A DNA stretch of 64,000 nt, from assembly GCA_965213675.1 (NCBI GenBank), contig OZ243916.1, forward strand, positions 1,856,001 to 1,920,000, given 5' to 3'. How positions within the stretch are numbered: the first letter of the stretch is position 1; every line of letters starts with the position of its first letter. Positions 30,136-39,232 of this stretch are shown here, piece by piece. Origin of the DNA: an uncultured Candidatus Binatia bacterium. GTDB taxonomy: Bacteria > Desulfobacterota > Binatia > UBA9968 > JAJDTQ01. The notes beneath the pieces were generated by a model. The model was given only the letters and a program-made list of their open reading frames with translations, did no database searches and was not told the origin of the DNA. The translations under genes and the position numbers were made by a program.

Positions 30136-31443
30136 TTACGCTGTGTCGCTTCTGCCGTCGTGTCCCGGGACACTGGGAATCAGCTTCTCGAAGTCCTCCC
30201 GGAAATACTTGAGGGCGCTCTGCAATGGCTCCATGGCGCCCGGCGCCAGCGCGCAGAAGGTGTTGCCCGGCCCCATCATGCGTATCTGCATCTCCAGCCG
30301 CTCCAGGTCGCCGGGACGCCCGCGCCCTTCGAGCAGTCCCTGGAGGATGCGCGCGGTCCAGGGTAGCCCGTCGCGGCACGGCGTGCACCAGCCACAGGAC
30401 TCCTGGGCGAAGAAGCGCTCGAGGTTGAGCACCATGCCCACCACCGAGGTCTGATCGTCGAGGACGATCATCAGGCCGGTGCCCAGCCGGCTGCCCGCCG
30501 CCTGCACCGAGCCGTAGTCCATCTTCACGTCCAAGTGGTCTTCCACGAGGAAGTCGGTGGAAGCGCCGCCCGGCAGCAGCCCGCGGAACTTGTAGCCCTC
30601 GCGCATGCCGCGGGCGCGCCGCTCGAGAATCTCGCGGATGGTGGTGCCCAAGGGCAGCTCCCACACCCCGGGCCGCCGCACCTTGCCGCTCGCGCCATAG
30701 AGCTTGGTGCCGCCGTCCTCGCTGCGGCTCAGGCCCAGGTACCACTGGGCGCCGTTGCGCAGGATCGGCGCCACGTTGCACAGGGTCTCGACGTTCTGGA
30801 CGATGGTGGGCTTGCCCCACAGGCCGCTCACCTGAGGGAACGGCGGCTTGGCGCGGGGATTGGCGCGCTTGCCCTCCAGCGCGTTCAGGAGCCCGGTCTC
30901 CTCGCCGCACATGTAGCGCCCGGCGCTGGTGTGCAGGCGCAGCTCGAAGCTGTGACCCGAGCCCAGGATGTTCTCGCCCAGGTAGCCCTTGTCGTAGGCT
31001 TCCGCCAGCGCGCGGGTGATGCGCTCCGCCGCGAGCTTGTAGGCCCAGCGCAGGAAGATGTAGCCTTGGGTCGACTGGATGGTGTAGGCCGCGAGGATCA
31101 TCCCCTCGATGAGCAGGTGCGGATTCCCTTCCAGGATCAGGCGGTCCTTGAAGGTCCCCGGCTCCATCTCGTCGGCGTTGGCGACGAGATACTTGGTGGT
31201 GGGCGCGTTCTCGCCCATGGGCACAAAGCTCCACTTCTGGCCGGTGGGGAAGCCCGCGCCGCCGCGCCCCCGCAGCCTGGAGTCGGTCACCTCCTTGAGG
31301 ACGTCCGCCGGAGCCATCTCCTTGAACACCCTGCGCAACGCCTCGTAACCGCCCGCCTTTTCATAGGCGGGCAGGTCGAGGACCGCGCCGTCCGGCCGCA
31401 AGTCGCCCGTCAGGGGCTTGTCCATGGATGATGCGTTCGCCAT
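30136..31443 (-). CDS. nuoF: NADH-quinone oxidoreductase subunit F
   Basis: LRGRGGAGFPTG, ADEMEPGTFKD, YMCGEETGLL and ESCGWCTPCRDG. Confidence 0.96.
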   Translation of the reverse strand: MANASSMDKPLTGDLRPDGAVLDLPAYEKAGGYEALRRVFKEMAPADVLKEVTDSRLRGRGGAGFPTGQKWSFVPMGENAPTTKYLVANADEMEPGTFKDRLILEGNPHLLIEGMILAAYTIQSTQGYIFLRWAYKLAAERITRALAEAYDKGYLGENILGSGHSFELRLHTSAGRYMCGEETGLLNALEGKRANPRAKPPFPQVSGLWGKPTIVQNVETLCNVAPILRNGAQWYLGLSRSEDGGTKLYGASGKVRRPGVWELPLGTTIREILERRARGMREGYKFRGLLPGGASTDFLVEDHLDVKMDYGSVQAAGSRLGTGLMIVLDDQTSVVGMVLNLERFFAQESCGWCTPCRDGLPWTARILQGLLEGRGRPGDLERLEMQIRMMGPGNTFCALAPGAMEPLQSALKYFREDFEKLIPSVPGHDGRSDTA

Positions 31444-31457
31444 GTCGTCCAGTCCGC

Positions 31458-31964
31458 TCAGGCGCCCGACGAGTGCCGGTAGCGGGCGAGAATCTCGTCC
31501 ACCTTGTCGTTGTCGAGATTACGGTAAAGCTCGTTACCCACCATCATCGCCGGCCCCCGGTCACAGGTGCCCAGACAGGCCATGGGAAGAAGCGTGAACT
31601 TGCCGTCCGTGGTGGTCTCTCCCGACTCCACGCCGAGGCGCTCCTTGAGATGGGTACGGATGCCGTCGTAGCCCAGAATCCAGCAACTCACGCTGTCGCA
31701 TAAAAGGATGACGTTCTCGCCCACGGGCCTGCGGAAGATCAGATTGTAGAACGTGGCGACACTATCCAGCGCCTCCGGACTCATGTCGAGGAGCGCGGCC
31801 ACTTCCTTCAGATGCTCGTCCGACACCCAGCGGTGGTGCTCCTGGACGATCTTCAGCGCCTCCACGCACGCGGCCTGTGGATGGTCGTAGTGGGCGGCCT
31901 CCTCCCGGATCTTCCTGCGCTCGTCTTCGGTCAGCATCGCGTCCCTGTCCTTCGACTTCGCCAT
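31458..31964 (-). CDS. nuoE: NADH-quinone oxidoreductase subunit E
   Basis: VATFYNLI, CDSVSC and CLGTC [2Fe-2S] ligands. Confidence 0.95.
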   Translation of the reverse strand: MAKSKDRDAMLTEDERRKIREEAAHYDHPQAACVEALKIVQEHHRWVSDEHLKEVAALLDMSPEALDSVATFYNLIFRRPVGENVILLCDSVSCWILGYDGIRTHLKERLGVESGETTTDGKFTLLPMACLGTCDRGPAMMVGNELYRNLDNDKVDEILARYRHSSGA

Positions 31965-31989
31965 GTCCCGTGCCCCCGGACTTCGCTGT

Positions 31990-33732
31990 TCATCGGTCTA
32001 TGTCCGCCAGCACGAAGTCGATGCTCCCCAGAATCGCCAGCAGATCGGGCACCATGACGCCGCGGCTCATGAGCGGGACCATCTGCATGTGGGCGAAGGA
32101 CGGCGTGCGGATGCGCACCCGGTACGGGATCGTGCCGCCGTCGCTCACCAGGCGGTAGCCGTTGTTGCCCTTGGTCGCCTCGATGCCCACGAAGGATTCG
32201 CCGGCCGGGATCACCGGGCCCCAGCTCACGCTGAGGAAGTGATTGATGAGCGTCTCGATGTCGTGCATCGTGCGCTCCTTGCGCGGCGGCGTGGCCAGGG
32301 GATGATCCGACTTGTAGTGCCCGGCGGGCATGTTCTTGAGACACTGATCGATGATGCGCAGGCTCTGGCGCATCTCCTCGATGCGCACCAGCGCGCGGTC
32401 ATAGCAGTCGCCCTTCCAGGCAACGGGAACGTCGAAGTCGAACTGGTCGTAGCCCGAGTAGGGCCGTTTCTTGCGGAAGTCCCACTCGAAGCCGCAGGCG
32501 CGGAGACCCGGGCCGGTGACGCCCCAGTCGATGGCTTCCGCCGCCGAATACGCGCCAATGCCCTGGGTGCGCGCCTTGAAGATGCGGTTCTGCATCACGA
32601 GCCTGTCGTATTCCGCAAGCCGGTCCGGCATGTAGTCGACGAAGTCCCTCACCATGGCCTGCCAGCCCTTGGGCAGGTCGTGGGCGACGCCGCCGATGCG
32701 GAACCAGCTCGGGTGCATGCGCCCGCCGCACACCGCCTGTACGATGTCGAAGATGCGCTCGCGGTCGTTGAACATGTAGAAGACCGCGGAAAGAGAACCC
32801 ACGTCCTGGGCGAAGGTGCCGTACCACACCAAGTGACTGGCAATGCGGAACAGCTCGCACATCATCACGCGAATCACCTGGGCGCGATGCGGCACGTCGA
32901 TGCCGGCCAACTGCTCCACCGACAGCACGTACGCGAGGTTGTTCATCACCCCGCCAAGGTAATCGATGCGATCGGTGTAGGGGATGAACGAATGCCACGA
33001 CTGGCGCTCGCCCATCTTCTCCGCGCCACGGTGATGAAAGCCGATCTCCGGCAAGCAGTCGACGATCTCCTCGCCGTCGAGCTGCAGGACGATGCGGATG
33101 ACCCCGTGAGTGCCGGGATGCTGCGGACCGACGTTCAGAAACATGAAGTCCGAGCCCTCGCGGGTGCGCTTCATGCCCCAGTCCTCGGGGCGGAAACGCA
33201 GCGCCTCCTGTTCCCGGTCCTGACGCTCGTCGGAAAGCTGGAATGGCCCCATTTCGGTGGCCCGGGCCGGGTGCTCCTTGCGCAGCGGATGGCCCTGCCA
33301 AGTGAGCGGCATGAGGATACGGCGCAACGCCGGGTGTCCGTCGAAGCGCACGCCGAACATGTCCCAGACCTCGCGCTCGTACCAGTTGGCCGAGGGCCAC
33401 AGGCCGGTGGCCGTGGGCAACGCGGCGTCACCGTCCGGCAGCGGCACCTTGATGCACAGATCCTCGTTACGGTCGTAGGAGAGGAGATGGTAAAGGACCG
33501 TGAAGTCGCTCTCGGGCTGGCCGTCGCGGTGTTTGCGGAAGCGTTCGTCGATGGCCGTAAGGTCGTACAACGTGCCGAAGGGACGCGGCACCTCGGTCTT
33601 GAGAAACTTCAGGAATGCCGGGAGGTTGTCCCGCGACGTCCACAGGGTGGGCAGACCGGAAGCGGTCTCCTGCACCGTGAAGGCTTCGGCGCCGAAACGG
33701 TCTTCGAGCTCGGCGACCGCGGCGTCACTCAT
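31990..33732 (-). CDS. nuoCD: NADH-quinone oxidoreductase fused subunit C/D
   Basis: NuoC part ([20 protein letters not shown]) is fused to the NuoD part ([28 protein letters not shown]). Confidence 0.96.
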   Translation of the reverse strand: MSDAAVAELEDRFGAEAFTVQETASGLPTLWTSRDNLPAFLKFLKTEVPRPFGTLYDLTAIDERFRKHRDGQPESDFTVLYHLLSYDRNEDLCIKVPLPDGDAALPTATGLWPSANWYEREVWDMFGVRFDGHPALRRILMPLTWQGHPLRKEHPARATEMGPFQLSDERQDREQEALRFRPEDWGMKRTREGSDFMFLNVGPQHPGTHGVIRIVLQLDGEEIVDCLPEIGFHHRGAEKMGERQSWHSFIPYTDRIDYLGGVMNNLAYVLSVEQLAGIDVPHRAQVIRVMMCELFRIASHLVWYGTFAQDVGSLSAVFYMFNDRERIFDIVQAVCGGRMHPSWFRIGGVAHDLPKGWQAMVRDFVDYMPDRLAEYDRLVMQNRIFKARTQGIGAYSAAEAIDWGVTGPGLRACGFEWDFRKKRPYSGYDQFDFDVPVAWKGDCYDRALVRIEEMRQSLRIIDQCLKNMPAGHYKSDHPLATPPRKERTMHDIETLINHFLSVSWGPVIPAGESFVGIEATKGNNGYRLVSDGGTIPYRVRIRTPSFAHMQMVPLMSRGVMVPDLLAILGSIDFVLADIDR

Positions 33733-33846
33733 CGTCCGGACCCGCTCGCCTTTCCCCGCCAGGCAGGCGTCGCGCCGATCATTCGGTCATTCCTGCTGGA
33801 AGTCGAATACACCGTGTTCATCGGCCTCAATGCGATACCGGAAGAC

Positions 33847-34479
33847 TCAGACTTCGTTCGGCGTACGCAGGCTGGTGGCTCGAACCCGGTCGGGCCGCTT
33901 CACGTCGCGCATGGCGGGCAGTTCCGCCTTCTCCACACCCTGGGGGCCCACCATCCAGCTCAGGGGCCGGCGCTCGTTGCCCACGGCCTTCTGCAAGAGC
34001 GTCAGCGCCTCCAGAAACGCCCACGGCGCGGGCGGGCACCCCGGCACGTACACGTCCACGGGAAGGATCTTGTCCACTCCCTGGACCACGCTGTAGATGT
34101 CGTACATGCCGCCGGAGTTGGCGCAGGCGCCCATGGAGATCACCCAGCGGGGCTCCATCATCTGCTCGTAGAGTCGCCGCACCACCGGCGCCATCTTGAT
34201 GAAGGGGGTGCCGGCGATCACGATGACGTCGGCCTCCCGGGGCGTACCGCGAATGACCTCGGCGCCGAAGCGGGCCACGTCGAACTTGCTGGTGAGGCTC
34301 GTGGCCATTTCCACGAAGCAGCAGGAGAGCCCGAAGTGGAAGGGCCACATCGAATTCTTGCGCCCCCAGCGCACCAGGTCGTCCAGGCGCGCCATCACCA
34401 GGAGCCGCTGCATGGCGTCGTCGAAGGCGCCCTTCCCCGGTTCCTGCGCGGCCTGGGGTTTGGACAGCGACCACTTCAT
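33847..34479 (-). CDS. nuoB: NADH-quinone oxidoreductase subunit B
   Basis: [19 protein letters not shown] and VYVPGCPP. Confidence 0.96.
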   Translation of the reverse strand: MKWSLSKPQAAQEPGKGAFDDAMQRLLVMARLDDLVRWGRKNSMWPFHFGLSCCFVEMATSLTSKFDVARFGAEVIRGTPREADVIVIAGTPFIKMAPVVRRLYEQMMEPRWVISMGACANSGGMYDIYSVVQGVDKILPVDVYVPGCPPAPWAFLEALTLLQKAVGNERRPLSWMVGPQGVEKAELPAMRDVKRPDRVRATSLRTPNEV

Positions 34480-34886
34480 GAAATACCGATCCTTTCCCGA
34501 CCGGCCCTGGCCCGTCTCAGACGGAGGGGCTCCCAGTCGAGCGCGCCCATGCGGTACTCATAGATCAGCCCCACCACCAGCACCGCCACGAATATCACCA
34601 TGCCGACATAGCCCGACCAACCCACCTCTTCGTGAGCCACGGCGTAAGCGAAGATGAAAACCGCTTCCAGGTCGAAGATCACGAAGAGCATCGCGACGAT
34701 GTAGAACTTCACGGAAAGGCGCACACGCGCCGAGCCGGTGGAGAGGATGCCGGACTCGTAGGGCTGCCCGGTGGCGCGATCCGAGTGCCGCTCGCCGAGG
34801 ACGAACGACAGCCCGATCATGCTTCCCGCCACAACGAGAGCCATCAGAAAGTAAAGGCCCAGCGGCCAGAGTGTCTCGCTACCCAT
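34476..34886 (-). CDS. nuoA: NADH-quinone oxidoreductase subunit A
   Basis: [20 protein letters not shown] and GALDW; start MGSETL. Confidence 0.94.
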   Translation of the reverse strand: MGSETLWPLGLYFLMALVVAGSMIGLSFVLGERHSDRATGQPYESGILSTGSARVRLSVKFYIVAMLFVIFDLEAVFIFAYAVAHEEVGWSGYVGMVIFVAVLVVGLIYEYRMGALDWEPLRLRRARAGRERIGIS

Positions 34887-35049
34887 GAAGCATCGCCGCG
34901 TACAATGTCGTCCGGAAAGCCATGCCGAGGCTGGAAGCAGAGCGTAGTATATGGGCGGAGGGGATGTCAACTAACGCACCCGTGCACCCCGGCATATTCC
35001 AGTGCACCCAAGCATGTTCGAGGGTCATCTCCATCCGTCTCCATCCCTT

Positions 35050-35166
35050 CGTCATTCCCGCACCCCTCTTCCGTCATTTCCGCGAAAGCGGGAATCCAGG
35101 GGCGGGGTTCATCGGTCTGGCTGCCCCACCACCGCCCCCGGATTCCCGCTTTCGCGGGAATGACGG
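35050..35166. repeat. REP-like palindromic element pair (GTCATTCCCGCGAAAGCGGGAATCC family)
   Basis: CCGTCATTTCCGCGAAAGCGGGAATCC (35071-35097) is inverted with GGATTCCCGCTTTCGCGGGAATGACGG (35140-35166); partial copy at 35050. Confidence 0.85.
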
Positions 35167-35636
35167 AATCGCGTTCGCGCCAGGCGGGCGTGCTCGCACG
35201 CCAATGCGAGATGCGATTCGGAGAAGACCGACTCGTGGTCGTAGTCCGCCAAATGCCGCTGCTCTTGCATCTGATTGAACAACCGCAGACTCTCAACCAG
35301 ATCGTCGTCCTTCGCTGCGACGTCGAATAGTGGACCGAGCTTCTCGGAGCGCCTCGCCAGCGAGGCATCGGGGGCGCGGTGCAGGGCAAAGGACCGGTCG
35401 ATTACGTGGTTGGCAAGCTGCGAGATCTCACCATGTGACCAGGAACGACGAATTTCGTTCTGAATCTCCTGGGGACATGATGCGACCCAATGACGCGCAG
35501 CATGTCCGGTGACCTCATGGAAGACCGCGTAGTAAGCCGCGCTGATGCCGCGCCTGAGATCTGCATCGGTCGGAAGGCCGCTGGCGGTGTCCGCCAAGCG
35601 CTCTGCATGATCGAGAAGCCCGCCGGGATCAATCAT
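35109..35636 (-). CDS. HEPN-domain protein (UPF0332-like); 3' end formed by a REP element
   Basis: LRRGISAAYYAVFH and QRHLADYD motifs. The last residues (RHSRESGNP...) are the translated REP. Confidence 0.7.
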   Translation of the reverse strand: MIDPGGLLDHAERLADTASGLPTDADLRRGISAAYYAVFHEVTGHAARHWVASCPQEIQNEIRRSWSHGEISQLANHVIDRSFALHRAPDASLARRSEKLGPLFDVAAKDDDLVESLRLFNQMQEQRHLADYDHESVFSESHLALACEHARLARTRFRHSRESGNPGAVVGQPDR

Positions 35637-35982
35637 CGGACGATGGCTTGGGTCGCAGGGCGATGGTGACCACCCATACACCCCAAGCATCGACCCTCGT
35701 ACCGACGAGTCGCCCGCGCAGGTCGGCGATGACTTGGTTCACCGCTTCACGAGGGTAGTCTCGCATACGGAGTTTCTCGTCAAGATCAAGCACCACAGAG
35801 AAAATGAAGATCAAGCGATCCTCGCTGCCGTACCGGGTCGTCCATTCCGCGTCGTACGCGAGGGAGTCTGCCGGCAAACCATCGACAAACTCTGTCCTGA
35901 CTCTCTCGGCGTCTTCTCTTGCCGCCTGCAGCGCAGCCTCGATTTCAACCGCACCTCGGTCTTCCCGTGAAGCGTATGCCAT
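35629..35982 (-). CDS. Hypothetical protein overlapping the HEPN gene start (possible antitoxin partner)
   Basis: Acidic ORF MAYASREDRG...SSDD of about 117 aa whose end overlaps the HEPN start by 8 bp; start uncertain. Confidence 0.55.
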   Translation of the reverse strand: MAYASREDRGAVEIEAALQAAREDAERVRTEFVDGLPADSLAYDAEWTTRYGSEDRLIFIFSVVLDLDEKLRMRDYPREAVNQVIADLRGRLVGTRVDAWGVWVVTIALRPKPSSDD

Positions 35983-35999
35983 CGGGTGATTGATGGTGT

Positions 36000-36335
36000 T
36001 CAGTGTATGGGACCAACCATCCTTGTCAATCTCGTCTCGGTTGAGGAGTCCGGCTTCATGGCCGTCCAAGTCGCCGGGTCTTGGCATGGCGAAGTCGAAC
36101 AGGTTCCCAGGACTGCCTTTTTGACCATCCAAGTGGATTTCTTGCGGAAGACGAACGCGTCGAAATCAACCGCTGTCGCCGGACCGGATTGCTCGCCTTC
36201 GATGAGAGCTTCCCGCAGAGCTTCAACCTTGGCTTCGTGCGCCTCCAATAGCCGCAGCCCGGCGCACACCACATCACTGGCGGAGTTGTAACGACCGGAC
36301 TCAACACGCTCGTTGATGAAACCCATGAAGTGGTC
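36000..36335 (-). pseudogene. parD: ParD-family (RHH) antitoxin relic
   Basis: DHFMGFINERVESGRYNSASDVVCAGLRLLEAHEAKVEALREALIEGEQSG...DFDAF. An in-frame TAA just upstream of DHF removes the N-terminal strand, the C-terminus runs on, and there is no ParE. Confidence 0.75.
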
Positions 36336-36357
36336 TTACCCGGGTATCCGGGACGTT

Positions 36358-36945
36358 CTAACAGTCTTCAGTGTCTTGCGCCCAAAGTCGCTCAACCGTC
36401 CTGCGATGCCGCGCGAGCGAGATGGCGAACGCCTCAATGGTCTTGCCGAGGCCGGTATCGTCCGCGATGAACAGGTTGACCCGCGGCAGTCGAAGCGCCT
36501 TGCGGAGCGGCTCCATCTGGTAGGCGTCGATCTTGATGCCGGCCCGGAACCGCGACTGGAAGAGATTCGGGTCGGTGGCGGTGACGCAGTTCCAGCGCAG
36601 CGTGTGGAGGAACGCGCTGAAGTGGCGGGGCGCGTCGAACCCGTTGGCGCCGATGGCGTTCCACGCCTCCACTTCAAGGATGCGCCGGTCGATCTCGAAT
36701 TCCCAGTAGACCTCCAGGGTCTGCCCTTGGGCGTCGTCGTCTGCGCAGGCAAGGCTGACGCGGCCCGATTCCGACTCCACCGCCTCCACCAGCCAGCGGC
36801 GTGAACGCACTTCGACGAGTTCCCCGACGTCGGGGAAACGTTCGGGTAATAGTCGGGCGGCGTCTTCCAAGGGCGTTCTCTCAAGCGGTGCGGGCAAGTC
36901 TGTAGTTGCTTTATCATATTCGCTGAAGTTGCGAGAATTGGCCAA
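36358..36945 (-). pseudogene. drmD: DISARM SNF2-like helicase DrmD, N-terminal fragment
   Basis: GELVEVRSRRWLVE, DDDAQG..LEVYWE, FLHTLRWNCVTATDPNLFQS.FRAGIKIDAYQMEPLRKALRLPRVNLFIADDTGLGKTIEA, then truncated just after Walker A. Confidence 0.8.
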
Positions 36946-36947
36946 AC

Positions 36948-36993
36948 TTGCCGATTATTATGTTGTCAAACATAATGTTCTTCTACATAATAA
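36948..36993 (+). promoter_or_regulatory. sigma70-like promoter overlapped by palindromic operator-like sites
   Basis: TTGCCG, 17-nt spacer, CATAAT. The palindrome ATTATGTT-GTCA-AACATAAT and the inverted repeat TTATTATGT...ACATAATAA overlap it. Confidence 0.6.
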
Positions 36994-36997
36994 GGAA

Positions 36998-38383
36998 ATG
37001 CAGTTCCTCGATCGCAGCCGCGAGATGGAGCGGTTGGACAATGTGCTGACACGGACTGGAGCCTTCGCCGTCATCTGGGGACGCCGCAGGATCGGCAAGT
37101 CGCGCCTTCTCATTGAATGGTCGCGGCGCCACCGGGGCCTGTACACGGTCGCGGATCAGTCCGTCCCGCCGGTGCAGCGGCGCTACCTGGCGGAAGCAGT
37201 CGCTGAACGATTCCCCGGCTTTGCAGACGTCGAGTACCCGGACTGGCGCTCGTTTCTGACGCGGCTTTCCGCCGACGCCGACCGCGCCGGCTGGCAAGGT
37301 CCGTGGGTGCTGGACGAGCTTCCCTACCTCGTCGAAGCGGACCCCACTCTAACCGGGGTCTTGCAGAACTGGCTGGACCGCCCGGAGCGGCGGTTGCGCC
37401 TGGTCGTGTGCGGATCGAGTCAGCGCATGATGCACAGCTTGATACTCGATGCTGCCGCTCCGCTCTACGGCCGGGCTGCCGAAGCCTTTGGCGTCCGCCC
37501 CCTGCCGGCGGGGCATCTCGCCGAGGCTTTCCCCTTCGACAAGCATCACGACCTGGTGACCGTCTATGCGCTGTGGGGAGGCATACCTCGTTACTGGGAG
37601 CTTGCCGAACCTTTCGGAAACGACATCGAAGCCGCGGTGGACACTCTCGTTCTCGACGCCGCGGGCCCCCTGCATGCAGAACCTGATCGGCTGTTGCGGG
37701 AGGAGACCCCTCCAGCTACGGCGTTGCGCCCCTTGCTGGACGTCATCGGCAACGGGGCGCACCGGGTCACCGAGATCGCGGGCCGTCTTGGCAAGCCCGC
37801 CTCCAGCCTGTCGAGACCGCTGGCATCGCTCACGGAGATGGGGCTGGTGCGCCGCGAAACGCCGTTCGGAACCGACCCGAAGTCCGGCAAACGGAGTCTC
37901 TACCGGATAGACGATCCCTTTCTGCGCCTGTGGTTTCGGGTGGTCGCACCCCATCGAGCGGCGCTGGCCGCTACGCCCCCGGAGACGCGGCTCGCATACT
38001 GGCGGCGGCACCGGCGCGGCCTTGAGGCTCTTGCCTGGGAGGAATTGTGCCGCCGGGCGGTGCCCCTCCTTCACCGTTCCGACACGACCCTGGGCCGGCT
38101 GGGTCCGTGGGAGCCCGCGCAACGATACTGGCGGGGCAATGCGCCGGAACTCGACATCGTCGCGCGTTCGGTTGACGGGAAACGATTGCTGGTGGGCGAG
38201 GCCAAGTCGACGACGCGCCCGGTTACGGCCTCCGCCGCCGCGCGCGTTCACTCGGGCGACCTGGCCGGCACTGAAGGCGCCGATGTTTGCCAAGCGCTGT
38301 TCGTTCCGGAGAGCGTGGCTGCGGACGCCCGGACCGGCATTCACATCGTCGATGCGCGAACAGTCATGAGCGTGCTGACATAG
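36998..38383 (+). CDS. Archaeal-type ATPase (ATPase_2) with winged HTH and DUF234/PD-(D/E)xK-like C-terminus
   Basis: FLDRSREMERL, WGRRRIGKS (Walker A), LDELPYL (Walker B), GGIPRY, YRIDDPFLRLWF and ELDIVA...LVGEAK; TAAGGA RBS. Confidence 0.85.
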   Translation: MQFLDRSREMERLDNVLTRTGAFAVIWGRRRIGKSRLLIEWSRRHRGLYTVADQSVPPVQRRYLAEAVAERFPGFADVEYPDWRSFLTRLSADADRAGWQGPWVLDELPYLVEADPTLTGVLQNWLDRPERRLRLVVCGSSQRMMHSLILDAAAPLYGRAAEAFGVRPLPAGHLAEAFPFDKHHDLVTVYALWGGIPRYWELAEPFGNDIEAAVDTLVLDAAGPLHAEPDRLLREETPPATALRPLLDVIGNGAHRVTEIAGRLGKPASSLSRPLASLTEMGLVRRETPFGTDPKSGKRSLYRIDDPFLRLWFRVVAPHRAALAATPPETRLAYWRRHRRGLEALAWEELCRRAVPLLHRSDTTLGRLGPWEPAQRYWRGNAPELDIVARSVDGKRLLVGEAKSTTRPVTASAAARVHSGDLAGTEGADVCQALFVPESVAADARTGIHIVDARTVMSVLT

Positions 38384-38511
38384 GCAACGAGCACAACGTC
38401 GTCTGGCCCTCCGGGGCAAAGTGGAGTATACGGTGAAGGGGCGTACGGGAGACGGGCTGGAGGCCACCCGATCAGCGGAACAGCACGTCCCACGCCGAGG
38501 GAGGAATTCGA

Positions 38512-38760
38512 ATGGGCTTGGCATACGATGATCTGATCGAGCCGGTGATCGTCCGGCAGGAATCCAAGAGCCGCTTCTACTGCATGTGCGGGCGGACCCG
38601 GAACTTTCCGTTCTGCGACGGGTCGCACAAGGTGACGTCCATCACGCCCCGGGAAATCACGGTGGACGAGCCCCGGACCATGGCCATTTGCGCGTGCTGG
38701 CGGTCGAAGACGCGGCCGTACTGCGACGGCACCCACGGCAAGCTGGTGGCGCCGAAATAG
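38512..38760 (+). CDS. Tandem CDGSH [2Fe-2S] (NEET, MiNT-like) protein
   Basis: CMCGRTRNFPFCDGSH and CACWRSKTRPYCDGTH; GGAGG RBS. Confidence 0.9.
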   Translation: MGLAYDDLIEPVIVRQESKSRFYCMCGRTRNFPFCDGSHKVTSITPREITVDEPRTMAICACWRSKTRPYCDGTHGKLVAPK

Positions 38761-38796
38761 CGGCTATTCGACTCGAGACAGAGGGAGGACACGCGC

Positions 38797-39183
38797 ATGT
38801 ACGAAGTGAAAAACCCCATCACGGAGGCCAAGGCCAACCCGGACATCCGCCATCTTTCGTTGTGGCGCACGGACCTGACCTATTTCTGGACCATCAACTG
38901 CGAAGCGAACATGCAGGACGACATGCACTACCACGAGAACGACGACCATGTCTTCATGGTCCTCGAGGGCCAGTGCACGGTGCGGACGCCGGAGGACGAG
39001 TTCGTCCTGAACCCCCACGACACCATCCTGCTGAGGTCGGGCCAACCGTACCAACTCTGCAACACGGGTGGGGACCGTCTGCTGCTGTTCGGCGCGGGCA
39101 ACTCCCAGGTGGACGGCAAGCCGCGCACGCGGGTGCCGCGGCGGCCCAGCCACATTCCGGTGAAGCAGCCCATCATCGCGTAG
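38797..39183 (+). CDS. Cupin domain protein
   Basis: MHYHENDDHVFMVLEGQC cupin motif 1; GGAGG RBS. Confidence 0.8.
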   Translation: MYEVKNPITEAKANPDIRHLSLWRTDLTYFWTINCEANMQDDMHYHENDDHVFMVLEGQCTVRTPEDEFVLNPHDTILLRSGQPYQLCNTGGDRLLLFGAGNSQVDGKPRTRVPRRPSHIPVKQPIIA

Positions 39184-39232
39184 AAGTCTTTTCCGCGCCC
39201 ACGTGGAAGCGCAAACTTCGAAGGAGGAAGAC

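Noticed and set aside
27431-31234. 1267-aa giant NuoG
   Set aside because: The extension overlaps nuoF in another frame. NuoG homology starts at MATIYVDD (30130).
27353-34563. Very long plus-strand ORFs (1033 aa, 866 aa) opposite the nuo genes, and similar antisense ORFs elsewhere
   Set aside because: These are shadow ORFs from GC-rich codon bias, with no recognisable motifs.
36336-36338. Stop-codon readthrough in parD
   Set aside because: The codon is TAA with no recoding signal, and the surrounding region is decayed.
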